Shown one piece after another: positions 1 to 8,802 of a stretch of 42,013 nucleotides of DNA. The translations under genes and the position numbers were made by a program. The notes beneath the pieces are model-generated. The model saw only the letters and a program-made list of their open reading frames with translations, was not told where the DNA came from and made no database searches. Each line of letters opens with the position of its first letter. Position 1 is the stretch's first letter. This DNA comes from an uncultured Planctomycetales bacterium (GTDB lineage: Bacteria > Omnitrophota > Gorgyraeia > Zapsychrales > Fredricksoniimonadaceae), in NCBI GenBank assembly GCA_964532095.1, contig CAZHGK010000006.1:1-42013 (forward strand), written 5' to 3'.

Positions 1-2
1 AA

Positions 3-770
3 ACCGGCCAGAACTCTCTCACAACAGGTGGCACAACTAATAGGGGCAGGTCAGTTATTGTTTTAGGTGTTTGCATTGCGGTCGCAACCATAGTGGCCAG
101 TCTAATTCTGTCAGGCGGATTCTTGAAGGTGATGAAATTCTGGCAGCACACGATCTCTGTTAAAGGAACGGCCCAACAGATTATCAAAAGCGACTATATT
201 GTTTGGGATTGCACCTTTACAAGGCGAGGAGCAAGCCTTCAGCAAGCCTATAAAGAGCTCAAAGGTGATTTAGACAGTGTTGTTGCCTATATGAATGCCA
301 AACAGGTCAATAAAGCAGATATGCATATCAACCAAATTGTAACTAGCCGTGTTTATCAAAAAGATAAGGACGATAGAGATACCAACATTGTTGACAGCTA
401 TGTTCTAAGTCAAAGTATTGAAATTCGCTCCAATGATATTGATAAAATCGATGCGATTTCTCATCAATCGACTGAATTAATCGATCAGGGGATCAATTTT
501 GAATCCGCCACACCCAATTATTTTTACACAAAGATCGATACTCTAAAGGTGGAAATGCTATCCCAGGCAACTGAAAATGCTAAGTTAAGGGCAGAAAGCA
601 TGGTAAAATCTACAAGAAATAAGATTGGAATGCTTCAATCCGCCAAAATGGGCGTTTTTCAGATTACCCCCGTAACATCGGTCGATGTTTCGGATTATGG
701 TGAAAATGATACAAGCGCTTTAGATAAAAAAGTCATGGTAGTTGTGAATGCGTCTTTTATAATTGACTAG
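3..770 (+). CDS. SIMPL/DUF541-like envelope protein, 5'-truncated by the window edge
   Basis: The frame is open from nt 3 with no stop. The segment upstream of the GTG at 93 encodes a hydrophobic helix (SVIVLGVCIAVATIVASLIL), so the true start probably lies outside the window. The family call is from memory of SIMPL-domain proteins. Confidence 0.55.
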   Translation, partial: TGQNSLTTGGTTNRGRSVIVLGVCIAVATIVASLILSGGFLKVMKFWQHTISVKGTAQQIIKSDYIVWDCTFTRRGASLQQAYKELKGDLDSVVAYMNAKQVNKADMHINQIVTSRVYQKDKDDRDTNIVDSYVLSQSIEIRSNDIDKIDAISHQSTELIDQGINFESATPNYFYTKIDTLKVEMLSQATENAKLRAESMVKSTRNKIGMLQSAKMGVFQITPVTSVDVSDYGENDTSALDKKVMVVVNASFIID

Positions 771-824
771 GGGAAAACATGTTTAGATTCATGTTTGTAA
801 ATATTGCCTTTTGTCCACTTAAAT

Positions 825-868
825 AATGCTATTAACAGCATTGACAAACGATATAAATATGCTATATT
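825..868 (+). promoter_or_regulatory. Sigma70-like promoter with overlapping inverted-repeat operator upstream of the HTH/Fic pair
   Basis: TTGACA at 841-846, a 16-nt spacer, TATATT at 863-868. A perfect inverted repeat AATGCT-N6-AGCATT at 825-842 overlaps the -35. GGAG at 901-904 lies 7 nt before the ATG at 912. Confidence 0.4.
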
Positions 869-911
869 TATCATAAATAAGCAGTAGTATTATGCTAGAA
901 GGAGCATATTT

Positions 912-1379
912 ATGAGATATTGGGATCAAAAGAAGGTTTGTGAGCAGTTAGATCGGAAATTAAAGCCTTTAAAGGGTTTGGCGGAGTCTGGAATGCCAGA
1001 GCAAGGGTGGATTAAAAACTTGCGAGAGGCCTTAGGTTTTTCTGCGCGCCAGTTGGGAAAAAAGGTTGGGCTTGATCAGTCTCGTATTTCTCGTTTAGAA
1101 AATGCAGAAGAAGATGGAAGTTTGAAATTATCTTCTTTGCAGAAAATCGCTAAAGCGCTTAATATGAAGTTTGTTTATGGATTTGTACCACAAGGAAGCT
1201 TGGAACAGATGTTGAAAGATCAAGCAAGAAAGATTGCTCTTAAAAGACTTAAACAACTCAATGATACTATGCGCTTAGAAAAGCAAGGACTTGCAAAAGC
1301 AGATCAAGAGAAAGCATTAGAAGATATGATTAATAAGATCTTAATCGAACAACCAAAGGATTTTTGGAATGAAGAATGA
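912..1379 (+). CDS. XRE-type HTH protein, mobile mystery protein A type (putative antitoxin/regulator of the downstream Fic)
   Basis: HTH segment LREALGFSARQLGKKVGLDQSRISRLE. It overlaps the downstream Fic gene by 11 nt. This pairing is the known mobile mystery protein A/B arrangement. Confidence 0.8.
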   Translation: MRYWDQKKVCEQLDRKLKPLKGLAESGMPEQGWIKNLREALGFSARQLGKKVGLDQSRISRLENAEEDGSLKLSSLQKIAKALNMKFVYGFVPQGSLEQMLKDQARKIALKRLKQLNDTMRLEKQGLAKADQEKALEDMINKILIEQPKDFWNEE

Positions 1380-1959
1380 TTTTCAATATCCATTAGGGGC
1401 CACACCTCTTGATCCAGATGAGATTCAAGGGCTCAAAATAAAACATATTACAACTAGGGATGAGCTCAATCGTTGGGAGCAAGATAATATCAACGAGGCT
1501 CTTAGTTGGCTACAATCACGCAAGAAAAGTGATGTATTGACGGAGAAATTTATTAAAACTCTTCATCAAAGAATGTTTGGTAAGGTTTGGTGTTGGGCAG
1601 GAACTTTTAGGCGAAGCGGAAAGAATGTTGGAGTAGATTGGTCTCAAATTTCTGTTGCCCTACATACTCTTTTAGAAGATGTCCGTTTTTGGATTAAAGA
1701 AAAAACTTATTCTCCTGATGAAATTGCTGTTCGTTTTCATCATCGATTAGTGTGGATTCATATGTTTTCTAATGGTAATGGCCGTCATGCACGATTGATG
1801 TGTGATGTGCTATTAAAGGAAGTTTTACGACAAAAGCATTTTACATGGGGAATGAAGAATATTGATAAGGATGATGAAGCAAGGGAGCTTTATTTAAAGG
1901 CCCTTCGAAAAGCAGATAAGAATGACTATTCGTTGTTATTAAATTTTGTTCGTTCTTAA
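1369..1959 (+). CDS. Fic-domain protein, mobile mystery protein B type
   Basis: Fic motif HMFSNGNGRHARL (HxFxNGNGRxxR, with N where canonical AMPylators have D/E). Translationally coupled to the upstream HTH gene. Confidence 0.85.
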   Translation: MKNDFQYPLGATPLDPDEIQGLKIKHITTRDELNRWEQDNINEALSWLQSRKKSDVLTEKFIKTLHQRMFGKVWCWAGTFRRSGKNVGVDWSQISVALHTLLEDVRFWIKEKTYSPDEIAVRFHHRLVWIHMFSNGNGRHARLMCDVLLKEVLRQKHFTWGMKNIDKDDEARELYLKALRKADKNDYSLLLNFVRS

Positions 1960-2005
1960 AAGAATTTATTTTATTAATTAATCCGTTGTCGTAAAATTAT
2001 ATCCA

Positions 2006-2761
2006 ATGTCCAAATATTACAATTCCCAAAGAACGCGTAATATGTATGATCCCAGCTCAACCAAGCCTTTTCGTATTAGCCGCTCCAAGATTGATTTGTT
2101 CCTGAATTGCCCCAAGTGTTTTTATTTAGATAGGCGTTTAGGAATTGGCCAGCCTCCGAGTTATCCTTTTAATCTCAATTCAGCTGTAGATGCTTTGCTT
2201 AAAAAGGAATTCGACCTTTATCGTGCTAAGAATGAAGCTCATCCTTTAATGAAAGCCGCAGGTCTTGATGCAGTGGTATTTAATCATCCTCAGATAGATG
2301 AATGGCGCGATGCGCTTCGAGGAGGCATCACCTATGCCTATCCTGCTACAAATCTGCTATTAACTGGCGGGGTGGATGATGTTTGGGTAAACGCGCAAGG
2401 TGAGCTGATCATAGTGGATTATAAAGCTACATCTAAGGCGGATGGTGTAAGCCTTGATGCCGACTGGCAAATAGGCTACAAGCGCCAGATGGAAATTTAT
2501 CAATGGTTGTTTCGTAAGAATGATTTTAAGGTCAATGAGATTGGTTATTTTGTCTATTGCAACGGATTAACCAACGGGGAAGCTTTTAACAATCGATTAG
2601 ATTTTGACATCACTCTAATTGTTTACAAAGGCAACGACAACTGGGTGGATGATGCCGTTAAAAGGCTGTATACTTGTTTGCAATCTGATGAGATGCCAGA
2701 GTCGGGGGATGATTGTCAGTTTTGTCAATATAGGGATGCGGTACGATTTGTTTCTAAATAA
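2006..2761 (+). CDS. PD-(D/E)XK nuclease, Cas4/AddB-like with Cys cluster
   Basis: Motifs GVDDVW, IVDYKAT (D..[DE]xK) and QMEIYQW (QxxxY). N-terminal CPKC and C-terminal CQFC suggest an Fe-S cluster as in Cas4-type nucleases. Confidence 0.75.
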   Translation: MSKYYNSQRTRNMYDPSSTKPFRISRSKIDLFLNCPKCFYLDRRLGIGQPPSYPFNLNSAVDALLKKEFDLYRAKNEAHPLMKAAGLDAVVFNHPQIDEWRDALRGGITYAYPATNLLLTGGVDDVWVNAQGELIIVDYKATSKADGVSLDADWQIGYKRQMEIYQWLFRKNDFKVNEIGYFVYCNGLTNGEAFNNRLDFDITLIVYKGNDNWVDDAVKRLYTCLQSDEMPESGDDCQFCQYRDAVRFVSK

Positions 2762-2934
2762 GCAGAGCAATTTACGTCCTGTAATAGAAGTTACAGGAAG
2801 TGACAAGAGTTGCGAGAATTAGGACTTAACCAATATCAACTGTTCAGTTTTAAATAAGGATTATCAGCTGGTGAATAAACCAGTGGTTATTGACGTATAA
2901 AGTTTATCGGGCGGGCATATCAATAGCACGTTAT

Positions 2935-2975
2935 GTCCACCCGGTAAGAGTCTAAAACAAGACAAAAGGGTGGAC
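2935..2975 (+). promoter_or_regulatory. hsdR leader hairpin occluding the ribosome-binding site
   Basis: A perfect 8-bp inverted repeat, GTCCACCC (2935-2942) and GGGTGGAC (2968-2975). The second arm is the purine-rich tract 5-12 nt upstream of the hsdR ATG at 2980. Confidence 0.35.
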
Positions 2976-2979
2976 AATA

Positions 2980-5900
2980 ATGGCATTTAACGAAAATACC
3001 AGAGTAAAAATTCCTGCCATTTTGCACCTATGCCGTTTGGGATATCAGTATATTTCGTTATCTGATGCCAAATGGGATATTCACACCAATATCTTCACAG
3101 ATATTTTTTCCGCCAGCATTAAAGCGATCAACTCTGATAAGCAATTAGAAGATAGTGATATTAAGAAGGTTCTTGAAGATATTTCCTTGTGTCTAGACAA
3201 CGAGGATTTAGGGGAAGCTTTTTATAAGCTTATTACAGGGACAGCGGGAATTAAGTTGATCGATTTTAATGATTTTAGCAAGAATAGTTTTCATGTTGTC
3301 ACAGAGCTAACCTATAAAAATAGGGATGATGAATTTAGGCCGGACATAACTCTTTTAATAAACGGAATGCCGCTAGCGTTTATTGAAGTCAAGAAACCCA
3401 ACAATCACGAAGGGATACTAGCTGAGAGGGAGCGGATTAATACAAGGTTTAAGAATAAAAAGTTTAGAAGGTTTATTAACATTTCACAGTTATTGGTCTT
3501 TTCCAACAATATGGAATATGACCAAGATTCGATTGAACCCATTCAGGGTGCTTTTTACGCATCGCCTTCTTATGGGGATGCAATCTTCAACTGCTTTAGG
3601 GAAGAAGAACCAGAACCAATCTGTTCATTTGCAGATGAAGATGATGCGGTTGAGAATTTTATTCTAAAAGATAATAATCTCTCTGCGATTAAACACTCCT
3701 CAGAATTTCTAACAAACAAATCTTTGAATACCCCAACGAATAGAATCATCTCATCGCTATTTTGTCGCGAACGGTTCTCGATGCTCTTAAAATATTGTAT
3801 TGCATATGTTCAAGAGTCAAAGGGAATAGAGAAGCACATCATGCGATATCCGCAGTTATTTGCCATGAAGGCGATTGCTCACAAGATCGACAAGGGGATA
3901 AAGAAGGGAATTATTTGGCATACGCAAGGCAGTGGTAAGACTGCATTGTCTTATTGTAACGTTCAATTCTTAACTGATTACTTCCAGAAAAAGCGTGTTG
4001 TGCCAAAGTTTTACTTTATTGTGGATCGTCTTGATTTAATGATTCAGGCCAAACGTGAATTCACGATCAGGGGACTGACAGTTACCACTGTCAATTCGAA
4101 AGATGAATTGTTAAACCATTTCAGGTTAAAGCAAGCCATTCATAATTTGTCCGGTAAGCGTGAGATTACGGTTGTTAATATTCAAAAATTCGAGAATGAT
4201 CCGGATCTTCTGCAGACCAATGATTATGATATCAGTATCCAACGTGTGTATTTTCTTGATGAAGTTCATCGAAGCTACAACCCCACCGGCAGTTTCTTGG
4301 CAAATCTTTTTAGTTCAGACAGAAACGCTATATTAATTGGTTTAACGGGAACCCCGCTTATTTTATCTGACAGACGTTCTCGGGATATTTTTGGAGACTA
4401 TATCCATAAATATTATTACAACGCCTCAATTGCTGATGGTTACACATTGCGATTGATACGAGAGGGGATTGAAACGAATTATAGAATTCAACTGCAACAA
4501 GCGCTTAAAGAAATTGAGATTCTTAAAGGTGATGTAGATCGGCGTGTTGTTTATGCTCATGAGAAATTTGTTGAGCCAATGCTGGGTTACATTATTCAAG
4601 ATTTTATTAAAAGCAGGATCCGTTTTGGTGATCATACCATTGGAGCCATGGTTGTTTGCGATAGCGCGGATCAGGCGAGAGAACTATTTGACATATTCGT
4701 TGGCAAATATAACCATGAGCAAGGAACAATTGAACCTGATCGTTCCATGCGTGTTGAAGATCCAACGCCAGAATATAAAGCATATCAACAAGAGCACGGT
4801 CATCTTGTCTGTTCTTTAATCTTGCATGATGTGGGATCAACGGATGACCGCAAGCAAGAGATCGATGATTTTAAAGAAGGCAAAATCGACATTTTGTTTG
4901 TATTCAACATGCTTCTGACAGGGTTTGATGCCAAGCGCTTAAAGAAGCTTTATTTAGGGCGCATCATTAAAGACCATAATTTGTTGCAAACCCTGACGCG
5001 TGTTAATCGTCCATATAAGAAATTCAGGTACGGATATGTGGTTGATTTTGCCGATATACGAAAAGAGTTTGAAGCGACTAATAAAGCTTATTTTGACGAA
5101 TTGCAGGCGGAGCTAGGGGATGAAATAAAGACGTATTCTAATCTTTTTAAATCAAAAGAAGAGATCGAGAATGAAATCGCCGATATAAAAGAAAAACTTT
5201 TTCATTATGATTTGCTTAATGCTGAAGTTTTCTCGCAACAAATAAGTCAGATTGAAGACCGCAATAAGGTTTTGGAAATCAAGAAGGCATTGGAAAGCGC
5301 GAGGAATCTATACAATATCATTCGACTCTTTGGTCACTATGAACTTCTTGAGAAGCTGGACTTTAAGAAATTAAATCAGCTTTATAACGAAACTGCTCGG
5401 CATCTTGATTTGCTTAATCTCAAGGAAACTGTCCAGAATAGTGTTGATACTACCAACTTGCTTAACGTAGCGCTGGAAAACGTAATTTTTATGTTTCGGA
5501 AAATTTCCGAAGAGGAAATGATTATTGCCGATCAGCTTAAAGATATGCTTCGAAAGACGCGTGAAGCATTAGGCAATAATTTTGATAAGAAAGATCCTGA
5601 ATTTGTATCTCTTTACGATGAATTAAAACGGTTATTTGATAAAAAGAATCTGGATGAAATTTCCCAAGAGCAAATGAAACAAAACATCGCCTCTTTACAG
5701 AAGATATTTGACAAGGTAAGTGAGCTTAATCGCCAGAACAATCTTCTTAAAGCAAAATACGAGAATGACGAGAAATATGCCCGCGTTCATAAAAGAATCT
5801 TGGAGAAAGGGTCAATCTCAAAACGGGAGAGTGATATTTGCAATGCCTTGATGGCTATAAAAAGTCAAGTTGATGAAAAAGTCCTCAGCAATACCAGAAT

Positions 5901-6057
5901 TCTAGATAATGAGAGTTATTTTAACGGCATGCTCTTTCCAATGACAATCAATGGATTTGAGAGTATCGATATTGAGCTTGATCCAGATTCAGCTGATTTT
6001 ATTAATTCCTCTGTGGCAAAAGAATATGTGAATGAGTACGAAGGAGTAGGTGTCTAA
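2980..6057 (+). CDS. hsdR: Type I restriction enzyme R subunit
   Basis: N-terminal PD-(D/E)XK nuclease (RPDITLL...FIEVKK). SF2 motor motifs HTQGSGKTALS, FLDEVHRS and GLTGTP. Long coiled C-terminus. Followed by hsdM and hsdS. Confidence 0.95.
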   Translation: MAFNENTRVKIPAILHLCRLGYQYISLSDAKWDIHTNIFTDIFSASIKAINSDKQLEDSDIKKVLEDISLCLDNEDLGEAFYKLITGTAGIKLIDFNDFSKNSFHVVTELTYKNRDDEFRPDITLLINGMPLAFIEVKKPNNHEGILAERERINTRFKNKKFRRFINISQLLVFSNNMEYDQDSIEPIQGAFYASPSYGDAIFNCFREEEPEPICSFADEDDAVENFILKDNNLSAIKHSSEFLTNKSLNTPTNRIISSLFCRERFSMLLKYCIAYVQESKGIEKHIMRYPQLFAMKAIAHKIDKGIKKGIIWHTQGSGKTALSYCNVQFLTDYFQKKRVVPKFYFIVDRLDLMIQAKREFTIRGLTVTTVNSKDELLNHFRLKQAIHNLSGKREITVVNIQKFENDPDLLQTNDYDISIQRVYFLDEVHRSYNPTGSFLANLFSSDRNAILIGLTGTPLILSDRRSRDIFGDYIHKYYYNASIADGYTLRLIREGIETNYRIQLQQALKEIEILKGDVDRRVVYAHEKFVEPMLGYIIQDFIKSRIRFGDHTIGAMVVCDSADQARELFDIFVGKYNHEQGTIEPDRSMRVEDPTPEYKAYQQEHGHLVCSLILHDVGSTDDRKQEIDDFKEGKIDILFVFNMLLTGFDAKRLKKLYLGRIIKDHNLLQTLTRVNRPYKKFRYGYVVDFADIRKEFEATNKAYFDELQAELGDEIKTYSNLFKSKEEIENEIADIKEKLFHYDLLNAEVFSQQISQIEDRNKVLEIKKALESARNLYNIIRLFGHYELLEKLDFKKLNQLYNETARHLDLLNLKETVQNSVDTTNLLNVALENVIFMFRKISEEEMIIADQLKDMLRKTREALGNNFDKKDPEFVSLYDELKRLFDKKNLDEISQEQMKQNIASLQKIFDKVSELNRQNNLLKAKYENDEKYARVHKRILEKGSISKRESDICNALMAIKSQVDEKVLSNTRILDNESYFNGMLFPMTINGFESIDIELDPDSADFINSSVAKEYVNEYEGVGV

Positions 6058-7679
6058 TGACTCAAGATATTATTTCAAAAACAAAAGCGTTAATTGATGG
6101 ACTTAAAGGCACGTGTGCCAATTATGGCCTTGGTAATGACGGCAATGAATACAAGATCATCACACAGGCGTTTCTTTATAAGTTTATGAACGATAAGTTT
6201 AGTTATGAAGTCAAAGAGCTTGATTCCAAGCTTAAGAATGCCGGGAATTGGGAACAGGAGATTGCGAAATATTCCGACAAGCAATATGATATGCTTCTTA
6301 AACGCATGGGCCCTGATAGCGCTAAGTTAAAAAGGGAACATTTCTTGTCGAACCTTCATAATAAACAAAACATAGAACAGTTTGCCAAGTTTTTTGATGA
6401 CACCTTGCGCGACATAGCCATTTTTAATAATGAAATTTTCTCGGTCAAGACTGGACGGGGAGCCAAGGTCACGTTGTTCGATGAATTAAGCAATTACATC
6501 ACAGATAGCTCCAAGCGGGATGATTTCTGCCGTGCCATTGTTAATCAGCTTATAAATTTTAGTTTTGAGAAGATTTTTGCGCAGAAGTTTGATTTCTTCT
6601 CGACCATATTTGAATACTTGATTAAAGATTACAACAAAGATGGTGGTGGTAAATACGCCGAATATTACACGCCCCATGCTGTTGCAAAGATCATGGCGGC
6701 CATTCTAGTGGATAAGCCGGTAAAGAATGTTACCTGTTATGATCCATCCGCGGGGTCTGGACAATTGCTTATGAATCTTGCACATGCGATAGGAGAGGAT
6801 CGTTGTACGATTTATTCACAGGATATTTCGCAGAAGTCATCAAGCATGTTGCGTTTGAATCTGATTTTAAATAATCTTGTCCATTCTATTCAAAACATTA
6901 TTCAAGAGAATACGTTGCTTAATCCATATCATAGGGTTGGCGACAAACTCATGACCTTTGATTACATCGTTTCAAATCCGCCGTTTAAGTTGGATTTTAG
7001 CGATTGGTGTGATGCTTTAGATACAAAGCAAAATCATGGTCGTTTTTTTGCCGGAATACCGAACATTCCTAAAAAAGATAAAGACAAAATGGCCATATAT
7101 TTGCTCTTTATCCAGCATATTATCTTTTCGCTTTCACCAAATGGTAAAGCGGCCATTGTCGTTCCAACAGGCTTTTTGACAGCCCAAAGTGGAATTGAGA
7201 AAAAGATTCGCGAGAAGTTAGTTGAAGAGAAGATGCTCCGTGGCGTTGTCTCAATGCCAAGTAATATTTTTGCCACAACGGGCACGAACGTATCAATTTT
7301 ATTCTTGGATGGTACCAATACAAAAGGTGATATTGTTTTGATGGACGCGTCGAAACTGGGCACCACTGTAAAAGAAGGCAAGAATCAAAAAACGCTACTT
7401 TCAGAAGCTGAAGAACTATTAATTATTGAAACCTTTAATAAGCACGAAGCCAAAGAAGATTTTACTGTAGTGGTTTCTTACGAGCAGATAAAAGAAAAGA
7501 ACTACAGCTTTAGTGCAGGGCAATACTTTGAAGTAAAAATTGACTATACTGACTTAACCCCTGCGGAATTTGAAACTAAAATTCATGGCTTTAAATCCAA
7601 CTTGGACAGCCTTTTTGCAGAATCAAAGACTTTAGAAAAAGAAATTCAGAAACAATTAAATGGGTTGAAGTATGAGTAA
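6057..7679 (+). CDS. hsdM: Type I restriction-modification N6-adenine DNA methyltransferase M subunit
   Basis: EYYTPHAV, DPSAGSG (SAM binding) and the NPPF catalytic motif. Its start overlaps the hsdR stop (TAATG). Confidence 0.95.
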   Translation: MTQDIISKTKALIDGLKGTCANYGLGNDGNEYKIITQAFLYKFMNDKFSYEVKELDSKLKNAGNWEQEIAKYSDKQYDMLLKRMGPDSAKLKREHFLSNLHNKQNIEQFAKFFDDTLRDIAIFNNEIFSVKTGRGAKVTLFDELSNYITDSSKRDDFCRAIVNQLINFSFEKIFAQKFDFFSTIFEYLIKDYNKDGGGKYAEYYTPHAVAKIMAAILVDKPVKNVTCYDPSAGSGQLLMNLAHAIGEDRCTIYSQDISQKSSSMLRLNLILNNLVHSIQNIIQENTLLNPYHRVGDKLMTFDYIVSNPPFKLDFSDWCDALDTKQNHGRFFAGIPNIPKKDKDKMAIYLLFIQHIIFSLSPNGKAAIVVPTGFLTAQSGIEKKIREKLVEEKMLRGVVSMPSNIFATTGTNVSILFLDGTNTKGDIVLMDASKLGTTVKEGKNQKTLLSEAEELLIIETFNKHEAKEDFTVVVSYEQIKEKNYSFSAGQYFEVKIDYTDLTPAEFETKIHGFKSNLDSLFAESKTLEKEIQKQLNGLKYE

Positions 7680-8793
7680 AGAAAATAGAAATGCTCAGCT
7701 TGGTGATATTTATGATTTCCAATATGGTATGGGGAATACAATTGAAGATATTGGTGGAGATTATCCAATTTACGGGAGTAATGGTGTTGTTGGTTTTACT
7801 AATGTTTATAACAGTGAAGATGCGCCAGTTATTGGTCATATTGGCGCCTACGCAGGAATCGTAAATTGGGCGACAGGAAAACATTTCGTTACATACAATG
7901 GTGTTATCTGTCGAATTAAAAAAGGAATAAACCCAAGATTTGGTTACTATTTACTCTTACATTCTAAACTTCAGAAAAGATTGAGAGGAAGTACACAACC
8001 GTTTATTTCCTATGATTTATTAGATGATGTAAGGATTTTTTTACCTGAAAAAGTAATTCAAGATAATATCGCCTCCGTTCTTTCCGCATTAGATTCCAAA
8101 ATTGAACTCAACAACCGCATCAATACTGAATTAGAAGCCATGGCCAAGACGCTTTATGATTACTGGTTTGTGCAGTTTGATTTTCCAGACAAAAACGGCC
8201 AGCCATATAAATCCAGTGGTGGGAAGATGGTTTGGAATTCGGAGTTAAAGCGTGAAATTCCAGAGGGGTGGGGAGCAGTTACAATAAAACAAATACTAGC
8301 TAAAGAGAGCTCCACAAAGAAAATTCAATCTTCAGAAATAAGACAAAATGGGGCATTTCCAGTCATTGATCAAAGCACGGACTTTATTGCTGGATATACA
8401 GATGACATAGAGTCGATCATAAATGTTGAAGAGCCAAGAATAATCTTCGGTGATCATACTCGGATTTTAAAGCTGATAAATTTTGATTTTGCTCGTGGGG
8501 CCGATGGAACTCAAGTAATGTTATCTAATAATCGGCGCATGCCGCAGCACCTTTTTTTTCATACCTTACTTAAGATCGATTTATCGAATTATGGCTATGC
8601 GCGACATTATAAGTTTCTTAAGGATCAAAGAATAATATTGCCCGATGAAGCGGTTGCTTCAACATTTAACGAGATGGTTTGTAAATTTTATGAACATATA
8701 AAACAGAACACGTTTCAGAATATTGAGCTTTCTGAACTCCGAGACTGGCTTCTTCCTATGCTTATGAACGGTCAGGTTAAGGTCAATATTTAG
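7672..8793 (+). CDS. hsdS: Type I restriction-modification specificity subunit
   Basis: Two target-recognition halves separated by the conserved central helix LDSKIELNNRINTELEAMAKTLYDYWFVQFDFP. A second conserved helix lies at the C-terminus. 8-nt overlap with hsdM. Confidence 0.9.
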   Translation: MSKENRNAQLGDIYDFQYGMGNTIEDIGGDYPIYGSNGVVGFTNVYNSEDAPVIGHIGAYAGIVNWATGKHFVTYNGVICRIKKGINPRFGYYLLLHSKLQKRLRGSTQPFISYDLLDDVRIFLPEKVIQDNIASVLSALDSKIELNNRINTELEAMAKTLYDYWFVQFDFPDKNGQPYKSSGGKMVWNSELKREIPEGWGAVTIKQILAKESSTKKIQSSEIRQNGAFPVIDQSTDFIAGYTDDIESIINVEEPRIIFGDHTRILKLINFDFARGADGTQVMLSNNRRMPQHLFFHTLLKIDLSNYGYARHYKFLKDQRIILPDEAVASTFNEMVCKFYEHIKQNTFQNIELSELRDWLLPMLMNGQVKVNI

Positions 8794-8802
8794 GGATACT
8801 GA

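Noticed and set aside
8553-8560. T8 homopolymer in hsdS (and a T7 in hsdM near 7040) as slipped-strand phase-variation switches
   Set aside because: The tracts are short for efficient slippage, lie in an AT-rich genome where they are expected by chance, and encode ordinary Phe-rich segments. I have no evidence of length variation from a single sequence.
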